IMG/VR virus record: IMGVR_UViG_3300000439_000015
Location: 1-64,000 of that record
Origin: a virus
Taxonomy: Duplodnaviria; Caudoviricetes
DNA length: 64,000 nucleotides
Strand: one strand, 5' to 3'
Shown here: positions 8,757 to 18,736 of the stretch, one piece after another
Layout of the letters: each line of letters starts with the position of its first letter
How positions within the stretch are numbered: position 1 is the first letter of the stretch
The notes under the pieces: model-generated
What the model was told of the DNA's origin: nothing
Databases searched by the model: none
What the model saw: only the letters and a program-made list of their open reading frames with translations
Position numbers and translations under genes: made by a program

Positions 8757-9124
8757 TGGGTCTGTCAATCTACAACACCATCACCGACCAGTGCGTCTGG
8801 TCATCGTCCTACAGTGGCTTCGGCAACTGGCGTGACGACCTTGCGAAGGCTGCCGACGTTGGCGACTGGCGCACGACTGGCAACCCGACTGCCGATGAGG
8901 TGATGGGTTTCTGGGCGAACGCTCCCAAAGACCCACTGTCGTTCGTGTTGCAGCACAGTGACTGCGACGGCTACATCATGCCCGACGACGCTGGGCGACT
9001 GGAGCGCCGCTTGCGTGGCCTGCTCGATGACCTTGCCGAGAGCGAGTGGTTGGACGCTACCAAGGGCTTCATCAAGGCGCTCGACGAGGCGTGCAACACC
9101 AAGGCAATCTTGGTTTTCAAGTAA
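8756..9124 (+). CDS. Hypothetical early protein
   Basis: ATG 8756 in a TAATG overlap; MGLSIYN...SYSGFGNWRDDLA...HSDCDGYI. Confidence 0.7.
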   Translation: MGLSIYNTITDQCVWSSSYSGFGNWRDDLAKAADVGDWRTTGNPTADEVMGFWANAPKDPLSFVLQHSDCDGYIMPDDAGRLERRLRGLLDDLAESEWLDATKGFIKALDEACNTKAILVFK

Positions 9125-9139
9125 ACCTGAAAGAAAGAC

Positions 9140-9169
9140 TTGACATGTGTCACAGCCCTGTGGCACAAT
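9140..9169 (+). promoter_or_regulatory. TGTCAC-box promoter 2
   Basis: TTGACA-18-CACAAT with TGTCACA at 9148-9154, followed by GGTTAGGTA. Confidence 0.75.
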
Positions 9170-9208
9170 GGTTAGGTACAGATTTATCCAACTGATTAGG
9201 AGAATGAA

Positions 9209-9754
9209 ATGTCGTTTGACCGTAGCGGACGTGGATTTAGTTTTGAGAAGCGTCGTGAGTTGGAGTACGAACTCCGTCACGAGGACGAGCAGGCGGACTT
9301 CGAGTTTGGTCACCGTGCCAGCGCCAAGTCCATTGCCTACGCCAAGTCGCTCATCGAGCGTGCCAAGAAGTTCCCACAGTTGAAGGAGCAGGCGGAGCGC
9401 CACGAGGCTTCCATCGCCAAGGACGGTGGCAGAAGTCGCCACAGCGTTCCCTACAACATCGCTACCGTCTCCTACGCCATCGCTGACCTGAAGGCGAGTT
9501 TGGACGCACTGTTCAAGTCGTTTGCTGAAGCGAAGGCGAGCCGTGAGAGCGAGCCTAAGGTCGAGGCTCCTGTCGTCAACGGCGAGGCTGCGACGACGAA
9601 GCAGATTGGATTCATGAACGCCCTGCTGAAGAAGAAGGACGTGCCTGCCGACCTGTTTGCTCAGGTCGAGGCTGCCAAGGCATCGAAGGCCAAGGCATCG
9701 AAGTTGATTGACGCACTCACCAAGTGCGCCGACAAGGTGGCAGTAAGCGCCTAG
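9209..9754 (+). CDS. Hypothetical early protein
   Basis: 181 aa, RBS AGGAG; C-terminal ATTKQIGFMNALL...KASKLIDAL module common in actinophages. Confidence 0.75.
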   Translation: MSFDRSGRGFSFEKRRELEYELRHEDEQADFEFGHRASAKSIAYAKSLIERAKKFPQLKEQAERHEASIAKDGGRSRHSVPYNIATVSYAIADLKASLDALFKSFAEAKASRESEPKVEAPVVNGEAATTKQIGFMNALLKKKDVPADLFAQVEAAKASKAKASKLIDALTKCADKVAVSA

Positions 9755-9784
9755 TTGCGCCGTGTCACACCCATGCAGTACCGT
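9755..9784 (+). promoter_or_regulatory. TGTCAC-box promoter 3
   Basis: TTGCGC-18-TACCGT with TGTCACA at 9763-9769. Confidence 0.65.
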
Positions 9785-9812
9785 AGTAATGCAGTATCCC
9801 AACTAAGAGAAA

Positions 9813-10469
9813 GTGTCCACTGACATGACGGCAGAAGCCACCGCAGTATCGGCAGTACCCGAAGTATCCGTATCCAACCTTGGTGAAGGCATGTCCCTCG
9901 CTGACTGGCTCATCACCGATGGGCAGCCCGACACGCTCGTCGGTTTCGAGAGCGCCGAAGGCGAGCAGGCTCAGGCTTACGCCATCACCACTGACGACGA
10001 GGCTCTGTGGGCCATGCGTCGCCTCGCACAGGCTCAGCGTCACGTTGACAAGGTGAAGGCGCAGGCGCAGGCTGAGATTGACCGCATCAACCGCTGGGTC
10101 GAAGCGTCCACCACTGGCAACGTCCGCCTCATCGAGAAGTTTGACCGCTTGCTGGGCGACTACCTCATGGTCGTCCGTGAGGACGAGGCCGATGGTCGCA
10201 AGAAGTTGGAGTTCCCCGATGGCACGGTGTCGAGCCGTATGACCCCACCAAAGGTCGCCGTAGAGGACGTAGAAGCCTTCCTCGCTTGGGCTGAAGCCAA
10301 CGGCAAGACCGAGTGGGTTCGTGTCAAGCGTGAGGCTGACGTAGCGACCATCAAGAAGGTCGTGGACTACAACGGCAACGATGTCATTGACCCCATCACT
10401 GGTGTCACCGTCGCTGGTCTGTCGCACACCGAGGGTGGCGTGTCCATCACGGTGAAGGTGACCGACTAG
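9813..10469 (+). CDS. Mu Gam-like host-nuclease inhibitor / DNA end-binding protein
   Basis: DDEALWAMRRLAQAQ...AEIDRINRW coiled coil, then KKLEFPDGTVSSR; start could be ATG 9825. Confidence 0.65.
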   Translation: MSTDMTAEATAVSAVPEVSVSNLGEGMSLADWLITDGQPDTLVGFESAEGEQAQAYAITTDDEALWAMRRLAQAQRHVDKVKAQAQAEIDRINRWVEASTTGNVRLIEKFDRLLGDYLMVVREDEADGRKKLEFPDGTVSSRMTPPKVAVEDVEAFLAWAEANGKTEWVRVKREADVATIKKVVDYNGNDVIDPITGVTVAGLSHTEGGVSITVKVTD

Positions 10470-10589
10470 CCAAAGTCGCCACGGTGGGTGGGGCGAACTA
10501 ACCAATCGGTTCGTTATCCGCTACGTCTCACCTGCCGTGCCGTTACTCTCATCATCATCCAAACGTGAGGATTGGGTGGTGATGAGATG

Positions 10590-10640
10590 AAAGAATCCCC
10601 TAGCCATTCCAAAACGGAGTGACTAGGGGATTCTTTGTTT
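10590..10640. terminator. Bidirectional terminator between the converging early and late units
   Basis: AAAGAATCCCCTAG/CTAGGGGATTCTTT stem with A- and T-tracts on either side. Confidence 0.8.
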
Positions 10641-10654
10641 GCTGCGAAGAAGCG

Positions 10655-10975
10655 TTACGCCTTAGGCGTGGTGCCTTCCGTGGGCGCTGCAACCGTTGCT
10701 GAAGTCACGCCGATGGAAGCGACAGGCTTGGTGGCCTTCACGCCGAGCAGCCGACCAAACTCAGGAACCTTCGTCTCCAAGTAGCGGATGATGATGAAGT
10801 AGCCCGACGACACGAAGGGGAACACACGCTGGTATGCCTCTGCCGTGGTCATGTGGAAGCCAGCCTTGGCTCCGAGGGTGATGAACCAACCAACAAGGAT
10901 TGGGGTGATGTAGCGGACGATTTCCAAACCGTATTCGTCTACTACGGCGTTACCGCTTGTCTCTGGTGTTGCCAT
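10655..10975 (-). CDS. Putative holin / small membrane protein
   Basis: Two hydrophobic segments; last gene of the late operon. Confidence 0.5.
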   Translation of the reverse strand: MATPETSGNAVVDEYGLEIVRYITPILVGWFITLGAKAGFHMTTAEAYQRVFPFVSSGYFIIIRYLETKVPEFGRLLGVKATKPVASIGVTSATVAAPTEGTTPKA

Positions 10976-11282
10976 TGCCTGTCTCCTTTGAGAGCATTAG
11001 TGGTAGGTGCACCTCGGCCTCTGTACGATGCCAGTCGAGATGCCTTTCCACCTTATCCTCAATGGTGTCGAACCGCAAGTCCATACGGGCGAAGTTTGTG
11101 TCAATGCGCTCAAATCGTAGCGTCTGTTGCTCAATCAGGTTGTCTATTTTGTGGTCAATCTTGTCTGAATCTTTGTGGTTCTGCTTGCCATTCCTGTGCG
11201 CTCCGTACCATGCGGCAGCAGCGGTCAACGTCGCTGGGATGGCGCTGATGAGGGCGGCAGTGACGTAGGGATTCGATGGCAT
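10950..11282 (-). CDS. Membrane-anchored coiled-coil protein (lysis-cassette type)
   Basis: N-terminal TM ALISAIPATLTAAAAWYG, then a coiled coil ending VERHLDWH. Confidence 0.6.
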   Translation of the reverse strand: MPSNPYVTAALISAIPATLTAAAAWYGAHRNGKQNHKDSDKIDHKIDNLIEQQTLRFERIDTNFARMDLRFDTIEDKVERHLDWHRTEAEVHLPLMLSKETGNGNTRDKR

Positions 11283-11332
11283 ACCCAGATTCTAAATCAC
11301 GGTTTCCAAATCTCAGAATAATCAACCGTGCT

Positions 11333-12157
11333 TTATGCGCTTGGCCCCATGTCGTAGATGGTGAACTGCACGTTGTTGGGCGAGTTGAACTGCACGGCAG
11401 GGGCGTAGGAAGTATTGGAAGCAGTGGTGAACACGCCGAGTTTCCATGTGAACGTGTTGTTCGGATACTTCGTTGCCCACTGACCCTTGGTCAATGCCGT
11501 GGCTGGTTCGTCCGACGCAATGATGCTGCCATTCGTGGTGGTGATGCCATTCGTCGAGCCGCCGCTTCCAAAAGACATCCACCCCGTCACGGGCGCATAG
11601 ACCGCCAGTGAAACCGTAGGACTGTACGAGGCCACACCAAGGCTCACGGTGTACGTCGCCGTCACCTCGGCCTTGTACAACCGATTGGGCAGCACGGGGG
11701 CCACCAACGATGCGCCAGTTACCGTGAAGTAACCGCCAGAAGTTTTCACTGTGTTGATGCCTTGGAAGCCAAGTGGTTTCGCCGTCGTTCCAATGCTCAG
11801 CGTCTTGTGGGCGACCACTGAAATCGCCCCACCGATTTGCGTCGTAATCTGCGTTCCTGCCAGTTGCTTGATGCTGCCCGACAAGGAGCCGAGAACGTAT
11901 GCGTCATTTCCCGTTTGGGTAACAATGACCATTTCACCAAGGTTCGGTGTGTAGTGGGAAGAGAAGCGGCAGCCTGGGGTGGGGTAGTCGGAGCCTGCGA
12001 TGTAGACACTTACCGCTGGGTAAGTTCCGCCATCACCATCGTCGAACTGGGGGTCGTATCCTGCGATGGTTCCCATGCGCTGAATGTCCACAGGGGGCAG
12101 CGCCTCATGACCGTTGTTTGTAAGATGCTTTACAAGGTCGGAGTAGTCGAAGGGCAT
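11333..12157 (-). CDS. Minor tail protein with OB-fold-like N-terminus
   Basis: HYTPNLGEMVIVTQTGNDAYVLGSL motif; follows the DUF5047-type gene. Confidence 0.55.
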   Translation of the reverse strand: MPFDYSDLVKHLTNNGHEALPPVDIQRMGTIAGYDPQFDDGDGGTYPAVSVYIAGSDYPTPGCRFSSHYTPNLGEMVIVTQTGNDAYVLGSLSGSIKQLAGTQITTQIGGAISVVAHKTLSIGTTAKPLGFQGINTVKTSGGYFTVTGASLVAPVLPNRLYKAEVTATYTVSLGVASYSPTVSLAVYAPVTGWMSFGSGGSTNGITTTNGSIIASDEPATALTKGQWATKYPNNTFTWKLGVFTTASNTSYAPAVQFNSPNNVQFTIYDMGPSA

Positions 12158-12168
12158 GGTGGAATACC

Positions 12169-13830
12169 TTAGGCGTTGTTCGGGTTGACTTGGGAGTACT
12201 CGTTGAGGCGGATTGCATCCTTACGAGTACCAGTGCGGCGCTCACGGGCAGTGATGCTCAGAGCCGTCGTCAAGTCCAGTGGAATAACCAACTTGTCAAT
12301 GTAGTAGTTGACCGCACCGCCGTTGGCAATCACCTTCGGGTCGTTGATGTTCGTTGACGCAAGGAAGTCAGATGAGGGCGTAAATGGGTTCACCTGAATC
12401 AACTTGTCGCCCTTACGGGCAGGGTGTGACAGCGTAATGTTCTGCGTGATGTAGTCCGTGTAAATCACCAACTGCTCACCGCTGGTGATGTCCTTCTGCA
12501 AGGGCACCACGTTCAGGGTGGTGTACGTCTTGGAGCGGAAGATTTGCGAAGAGAGAACGGCGACGGTTGCGGCAGGGTCGAAGATGCCAAGGCGCTTGCG
12601 GCGCACGGCGATTACGTCGTTCACGTCGAGTGCTGGGTTCACCGCACCCTCGATAGTCAATGCTTCGTTACCGCCCGTGAACCACGACAGGAATGTGTCG
12701 GCGGCGTTCTGCACCTGCGCTTGGGTTTTCAGTAACTTGCGGCCTGGCTCGTAGCCGACTACTCGTCCAAATGTGCCGAGGTAGTTGGTTGGTGAAGTTG
12801 GGTCGTCGTCTACGGCGACGGCTTTCAAGGGGGTCTTGGCGCTCGTGGCTTCACCTGTTGCGATGACGTAGTTGACGGTCTTGCTGTCGGAGAGAACACG
12901 GCTGACGTTGGTGAGCAACCCACCATTGCCGTTGTTGTCGCCATCGAGGAACTCCCAAACTGGTGGAACGGCGTTGGGGTCTGGGATAGAGAGGGTCTGA
13001 AACTTTCCCTCAGCGTTGACGAACAGTTCACCACGTCCGCCGCCAAGCGACGCTGCTAGTCCTGAGATGTCAGTCCACGGCGAGTTTGAGCCTGAGTTTG
13101 AGACGTTGGTGGAACCCATGATGATGGGGTGCTTGATTGGAACGTCCTGCACGCCACTGAAATCAAACTCTGGTGGGCCAAAGACGCCTGGGTGGGTGGG
13201 CCAGCGGTCTTGGATGAGAATCTTGATGGCTTCGGTGACAGTGCCTGCGATGTAGTTGCGCTCCTTGGTGGTGTCACTCTTGGCGACAGGAACGGTGTAC
13301 GGCTTGGTGTACACGGTGGTCGGGTTCGTCCAGTGGTTCAGTCCGATGTTGTTCGACACGTCCGTGCCAGAAACCTCAATGGAAACGTCGCCGTCTTTAT
13401 CTTCGGAAATGGTGACGGAGTTGATGCGGAAAACGCCGATTGGAACTAACTCGTATGCGCCGTTGGCTGGGCGCAGCCATTGGTCGTCGAGCGGAGCAGG
13501 TGCAGTGAAAAGACGTGGGTCAATCTCGCTTAGGTTCCATACCACGCCTCGGTAGGCGTAGATGTGCTGACCATAGATGTTGAGTGGGTCGGTGTCCTTT
13601 TGGGGAATCAGGTTGACGATTGACCCGTCGGGATTCGTAATGTACGGCAGGTTGGTGGTGAAATCAATCGAGCGGCGGAACTGCGACGACGTTCGGTCTA
13701 CCGTGACTGTGCCGCTGACGACGGGAATCGTAGTCGTGGTGCCATCAATGCTCAGCGCCTTGACAATCACCATCGCTCGATTCGGCGCTTTCATAGCGTC
13801 CATGAACTTCTGCGTGGCTTTTTTGTACAT
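12169..13830 (-). CDS. Tail hub protein (DUF5047-like)
   Basis: VSGTVTVDRTSSQFRRSIDF, ELVPIGVFRI, NYVIATGE, VDDDPTSPTNYLGTFGRV motifs of actinophage minor tail proteins. Confidence 0.7.
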   Translation of the reverse strand: MYKKATQKFMDAMKAPNRAMVIVKALSIDGTTTTIPVVSGTVTVDRTSSQFRRSIDFTTNLPYITNPDGSIVNLIPQKDTDPLNIYGQHIYAYRGVVWNLSEIDPRLFTAPAPLDDQWLRPANGAYELVPIGVFRINSVTISEDKDGDVSIEVSGTDVSNNIGLNHWTNPTTVYTKPYTVPVAKSDTTKERNYIAGTVTEAIKILIQDRWPTHPGVFGPPEFDFSGVQDVPIKHPIIMGSTNVSNSGSNSPWTDISGLAASLGGGRGELFVNAEGKFQTLSIPDPNAVPPVWEFLDGDNNGNGGLLTNVSRVLSDSKTVNYVIATGEATSAKTPLKAVAVDDDPTSPTNYLGTFGRVVGYEPGRKLLKTQAQVQNAADTFLSWFTGGNEALTIEGAVNPALDVNDVIAVRRKRLGIFDPAATVAVLSSQIFRSKTYTTLNVVPLQKDITSGEQLVIYTDYITQNITLSHPARKGDKLIQVNPFTPSSDFLASTNINDPKVIANGGAVNYYIDKLVIPLDLTTALSITARERRTGTRKDAIRLNEYSQVNPNNA

Positions 13831-13832
13831 AG

Positions 13833-16800
13833 TTACGAACCGTAAGTGTATCCGTAGCCGTTGGGCGGTGGGGCCTCAACGTAGGTGATTGCGACATCAC
13901 GGTATGGCGAAGCCGCAGCGTTGTGTGTGACCGTAACGTCGTCGCTGATTTGGATGTACTTCTTTGTGCCCTCGACTGGGTTAGTGAGGACAAGCGTTTC
14001 ACCAAGGTTGAGTAGGGAGACGAAGTTCTCCCAGTTGGCATTATCCGTCCACTTGACGGTGATTTGTGCATCTCGGCCCTGAACCACACCTGGGACGATG
14101 ATGGGGCGTGAGGAACCAAGTGGGTAGAACACGCCGACAGGGTGCTTTTGCGTCTCTTGAAAGGCGTTCTGCACAAGGATGGGGAAGCGGCGGTCTGGGT
14201 CGGACGAACTGGCAATCCACCACGAGTTGATTGTCAACGTCGTCGCAACAACGTTTGCCGACACGCCCTTGACGAGGTTGTTGTGTTCGTCGGAGAACGA
14301 TGGTGTAATGCGGTAGCCCGTGGCGACGTTAGGCACGACTTCCACGTCGTAGAAGATTCCAGTGCCGTTCACAGAGCCAACGCCCCGTCCATCTGCCACC
14401 ACGACATCACCACCAAATGCAGTGTTGTAGGTTGTGCCGTCGTCACTGCGCTCAATCTTGTAGCGGTACGAGGTGTTCGGCGTGTTGACGTAGCCGTCGT
14501 TGTTCCAGTTGAAAACTGCGACCAACGTACCCTTGGGCTGATTGTTGATGAAGTGACCAGCGATGCGTGTGGTCTGCGCCGTGATTGGCGTGTTTGCTGC
14601 TTGGTTGAAGCCGATGGGGTCGGTCAGTGAAATCTGCGGCGAACCGTCCCAACCAGCCGTGATGATGGCGGTTTCGTAGGTAGCGTCAGTGCTGTTTCCA
14701 ATGTAGAGCGTCGTACCTGCACCGAAGCCCACGGGATTGTGGACGGTGATGGACGTGTCGCCTGCTTTCGCTGGCTTTTGCAGGTATGTAACCCGACCCG
14801 TTTCACCAGCGCCAAAGTGGATTTCCCGACTGCCGTTATCTGCGGTGGGGTCGAACAGGTAGATGCTGTTAGCGCCAGCCGTGGGCGTGGTGCTGGGGAT
14901 GGAGAAGGAACTGTCGGCGTTGACCGCAGTTGTGGTGGAAACGTATGCCGATGCAGAAAGGGCAGGCATCTGTGTGTTGAGCGCTTTGTACGAACTTGTT
15001 GGCAAGTATGGAGTGAGCGCCTTGAACTGCAAGCCACAAAAGGTGATGGTGTCTCTGTAGGTGAGGTTGCTTACGTTGATGCGAGGTGCGGCTCGGCTTG
15101 CTGAAATCTGAACGGTCACGCCCGTCGTGCCGCTGGCAGGAGCGCCGCCAAATGGAAACTTCAGCGAAAGGACATTGGCGTTGTATGGAGACTGCGAGGT
15201 GAGAATCGCAACGGCGTTGTTTACCGACAAGTAAGTGCCCACACTGAGCGCAGGGGCAGGCGTTCCACCAGTCCATGCCAAGGTTCCCGTCAATGTGTCG
15301 TTTGCGAGGTACGTTGCGTTGGTGGTGAAAACAATCGTCGGAGCGATGGCAGCGATGGCGTTGGGCGACCAACCAGCATTTGTGGTGTTCTCCACGCCGA
15401 TTGGAACGGCAAGGTTCGCCAAGGTCTGGGTGACGGTAATCGAGCCAGAAGAAGTGGCCTTGCGTGACATGGTGACGGTCTGGGCGGTGTACGAGAAGGC
15501 CGTGATGTAGGTGTACGAAGGAATGCCCGTACCCGAAATCTTTGCGCCGACGACAAGGTTCTGGGTTGCTGAAACGCCCGTGAGCGTGGCGCTGCCAGAA
15601 GTTTTGGTCGCTGTCCATGTTTGGGTGTTTGACGCACCAGAGTTGATGACGCTGAGCGAGCCATCGTGGGTCGAGATAAGGTTGCCCAACTCGTCGTACC
15701 AGTCAATGAGCAGTGAAAACCACGCCGTTGTGTTGCCGCAGGCCAGCGCCTTTCCAATAGCCGAGAACCCGTAGGTCACGCCAGCGTTGACGGGGATGGA
15801 GTTTTGGTTTGTGTAAGGCGGTGGGGTGAAGATGGTCACATCCGACAGGCTGTCGCCAACGGCTGCCGTGTTTGAGCACGAGAGGCTAAGTGAGGCATCA
15901 CCATTCAAGGGGTTGTTGTACAACTTCACGGACGTGTGTCGCAGGTAGTCGTACTTGGGGGTGAACGGAACCACGGGAATGCTCTGAACAGGAGTGGGAA
16001 CCGTGCCCGTACCCAAATAAGTTGCTGAAATGAGCGTGGCGGCAGGCGGATAGAAAATCACGCCGTCGTTGATGAAGTAGGTCGTGGTGGTGTTGTTCGG
16101 CTGTGCACCTTGCGTACTGCTACCAAAGAAGATTGCCGTGTAGCCGTTGTACGTTCCTGAGGTGATGGCAACCGTACTTGTGACAGTTGTACCGAGAGGC
16201 AGGCCATTCATCAGAACGGTGTAGCCAGCAGTCACGCCGCCAAGAGAGGAAGTTGGCACGGCGACGGCGTTGAAGATTCCACCATTGGTTGCGCCGTCTA
16301 CTGTGAGGGGCGTAAACGTTGTCGTTCCAAAACCCAGCACGGCAGCCTTGAACCCGACTGGCTTTGCTGAAGTGTTGTAGTCAACCAAGAAGTCTTGGAA
16401 GTCGTCAACCGTTTTCAGCGCAGAGTGCTTCGTGTATGCCGTAGATGAGGCTACCGTGGCGTAGGTTGGGCTGATTGCTGGGACGTAGTGAACGTTTGAT
16501 ACACGGACTGTCTGACCAACTGCAAGGTTCAGGCCCTTGATGCTGTTGAGCGATTCGTTGAGCGTGACGGTAAGTGGCTGCACGGAAGGCAGTGTCTGCG
16601 CAGGGATTTTCACTGAGATGGTTGCGGTATTTGGAATGTAAAAGAACCCAGGGGCATTCTTCAAGTTGAACGTTCCAGCACTATTGGCTGGTTTGATTGA
16701 CAAGGCTGGCATTCCTGCGCAACTGTTTCCTAGTCCCGTCTGCGCCAAGGTGAACGTGCACGAGTAACTGCCGCTACGGTTCCAGTTGGTTTGGCCTGGG

Positions 16801-18686
16801 ATGGAGTAGCCAGCGTTGGCTTCGACGTAGAGGGTGGTACCAGAGGGCAGACGATTGAGTGCCGCCAACGTGTTCAGGCTGAGGTTGTTGGCCTGAACAA
16901 AGCCGAGAAGTGTCAATGGATTTGACGAACTCCGCAGGTAGCCGCCGTTTTGGGTGAGCGAGGCGCTTGACCAGTTGTTGACGTAGCCAATGACGACGGT
17001 GGTCGCTGGGACGCTTACGCCTGCAACATTCTCTACAGTGAAATAAGTGCTTGGCGAGGGAAAGACGAACTGGTTTTCCGCAGGGGTGGTGGACTTCAAC
17101 TTGTTGTTGACTGCCGTGTACGCCGCTGTTTCGGTGTAGTAAGAGATTTGTATCTGCGAACCCTTTTGGATTATTCCAGTGGGGTCGTTGACGTAAATGG
17201 TCTTACCATCGTTGGCGCTGAGTTTGCCGCTGCTTGAAGCGATGAAAGCAACGCCGTAGTTCAGGGGAATAGTGGTCGCCGCCACGCCCGAAGTCTCACG
17301 AACGGTGGTGTAATAGGTGTGCGAGGTTGTCTTTTCGGCTTGTGAGTAGGTGTACATCATGGCAAGTTGACCGCTGTACCCCGTGTAGATGTCCTTCTGA
17401 AGCCCGTAATACACGGTTGCGCCAGCACTGTGCGATGCCGCCGTCGTGCCCTGATAGCCACGTTGGATGACGTAGAAGGTGTCGCCACTGTTGTTGCCGT
17501 TCACCTTGTTCGTTACGAGGATTCGCTCTTGACCAATCTGAATCCAAAACTGACCACTGCGTGGGAAACCCACTGCGTCTGCGGCGCTGTAGTAGTTGCC
17601 CACCAAGTTTGCGCCGCTGTATGTTGAGGTCGCTTTTGCTGAAATGGTGACCGTCGTGCCGCCACTCACGTTTGTAATAGTTGCCCCAGCAGGAATGCCC
17701 ACGCCAAAGATAACCATGCCGATAATCAGTCCCGTGACGCTCGATACGCCCGTAATGCTGGTGGAACCGTTGGTCACCTTTCCCGTAAATGCAACGTGGC
17801 TTGCCGCCGTGCCGCTGGTGGAACCCGTTACCTTGAACGAAGTTGCAGATGCGTTGATGTCCTCGGCAAGGCCACCCTGCGCACCAACCGAGAGGCTGCT
17901 GATGGTGTTCTTGTGCGAAAGGGGGTCGGAGAGAGAAATGGAAGTGACTTGAACGCCGATTGAGGTGGCAGCGGTGTCCACGCCGTTTTGGGTGGTTGTC
18001 CATCCGCCCGAAGTTTTATTGAACGAGCCATTGTCTGCTGAAAAGAGGTTGTCGGAAGTCTGCACGGAGATGGCGTTGCGAGCATTTGTTCCGTCTGCGT
18101 AAACGGCAACGAGCGGCGGTTGCGGCTGCACGATGGTGGTGGTGAAACCAATCGTGGCCCAATCGCTGTACCAGTTCTTACCAGACTTCTTTGCCCAGAC
18201 CTTGACACATGCCCAATACTGCGCACCGTTGATGTAGCCGTCATTGGGGTCGAGGTTGTAGGTGTTTGCATCGGTGTTGCCGATAAACGTTTTCTTGATG
18301 GTGGGCGTTTGGTCGGGTGTCCAGTTTGGATTTGAGAACTCTTGGTCAGTGAAAAGACTGACCTGATACCCAACCTGCGCCGTCTTGTCGGGGTCGTAGA
18401 AAACCCAGTTGAGCGAGTAGTTGCCGTCGGCAACCTTCTTGGTGAAATCAAACTGGATGTTGTTGGTCGGACTGACCGAAAGGTTGGTGACCTGCGGCTT
18501 GGCAACAGTTTGCGGCGTGGCGATAATGCTCTTGTGGCTCGCTTTTCCACCAGCAGGAACCACGGAAGTAATCTTGATTCCAAGGTCTTTTAGAACCTTA
18601 GAATCCCAGTTCACACCCTTGGGGCTATTCCCCTTCTTTCCACCAGTGTGGACTGAGTGAGTGTTTTTCTTCTTCTTAGTCGTCAC
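13833..18686 (-). CDS. Large minor tail protein (1617 aa) with Fn3-like segments and a distal-tail-like C-terminus
   Basis: S/T/G-rich beta repeats; C-terminal VGVFYPLGSSRPIIVPGVVQGRDAQITV. Confidence 0.7.
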   Translation of the reverse strand: MTTKKKKNTHSVHTGGKKGNSPKGVNWDSKVLKDLGIKITSVVPAGGKASHKSIIATPQTVAKPQVTNLSVSPTNNIQFDFTKKVADGNYSLNWVFYDPDKTAQVGYQVSLFTDQEFSNPNWTPDQTPTIKKTFIGNTDANTYNLDPNDGYINGAQYWACVKVWAKKSGKNWYSDWATIGFTTTIVQPQPPLVAVYADGTNARNAISVQTSDNLFSADNGSFNKTSGGWTTTQNGVDTAATSIGVQVTSISLSDPLSHKNTISSLSVGAQGGLAEDINASATSFKVTGSTSGTAASHVAFTGKVTNGSTSITGVSSVTGLIIGMVIFGVGIPAGATITNVSGGTTVTISAKATSTYSGANLVGNYYSAADAVGFPRSGQFWIQIGQERILVTNKVNGNNSGDTFYVIQRGYQGTTAASHSAGATVYYGLQKDIYTGYSGQLAMMYTYSQAEKTTSHTYYTTVRETSGVAATTIPLNYGVAFIASSSGKLSANDGKTIYVNDPTGIIQKGSQIQISYYTETAAYTAVNNKLKSTTPAENQFVFPSPSTYFTVENVAGVSVPATTVVIGYVNNWSSASLTQNGGYLRSSSNPLTLLGFVQANNLSLNTLAALNRLPSGTTLYVEANAGYSIPGQTNWNRSGSYSCTFTLAQTGLGNSCAGMPALSIKPANSAGTFNLKNAPGFFYIPNTATISVKIPAQTLPSVQPLTVTLNESLNSIKGLNLAVGQTVRVSNVHYVPAISPTYATVASSTAYTKHSALKTVDDFQDFLVDYNTSAKPVGFKAAVLGFGTTTFTPLTVDGATNGGIFNAVAVPTSSLGGVTAGYTVLMNGLPLGTTVTSTVAITSGTYNGYTAIFFGSSTQGAQPNNTTTTYFINDGVIFYPPAATLISATYLGTGTVPTPVQSIPVVPFTPKYDYLRHTSVKLYNNPLNGDASLSLSCSNTAAVGDSLSDVTIFTPPPYTNQNSIPVNAGVTYGFSAIGKALACGNTTAWFSLLIDWYDELGNLISTHDGSLSVINSGASNTQTWTATKTSGSATLTGVSATQNLVVGAKISGTGIPSYTYITAFSYTAQTVTMSRKATSSGSITVTQTLANLAVPIGVENTTNAGWSPNAIAAIAPTIVFTTNATYLANDTLTGTLAWTGGTPAPALSVGTYLSVNNAVAILTSQSPYNANVLSLKFPFGGAPASGTTGVTVQISASRAAPRINVSNLTYRDTITFCGLQFKALTPYLPTSSYKALNTQMPALSASAYVSTTTAVNADSSFSIPSTTPTAGANSIYLFDPTADNGSREIHFGAGETGRVTYLQKPAKAGDTSITVHNPVGFGAGTTLYIGNSTDATYETAIITAGWDGSPQISLTDPIGFNQAANTPITAQTTRIAGHFINNQPKGTLVAVFNWNNDGYVNTPNTSYRYKIERSDDGTTYNTAFGGDVVVADGRGVGSVNGTGIFYDVEVVPNVATGYRITPSFSDEHNNLVKGVSANVVATTLTINSWWIASSSDPDRRFPILVQNAFQETQKHPVGVFYPLGSSRPIIVPGVVQGRDAQITVKWTDNANWENFVSLLNLGETLVLTNPVEGTKKYIQISDDVTVTHNAAASPYRDVAITYVEAPPPNGYGYTYGS

Positions 18687-18736
18687 GGCTCTCCAACGGG
18701 GTGTCTTGGACTAAATCCTACCCCACTAAAGCGATT

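Noticed and set aside
8801-9802. 333-aa minus-strand ORF (likewise 9765-10505, 7333-7983, 28305-29186, 52911-53627)
   Set aside because: Antisense shadows of well-supported genes, expected in GC-rich coding DNA; no RBS or recognisable motifs.
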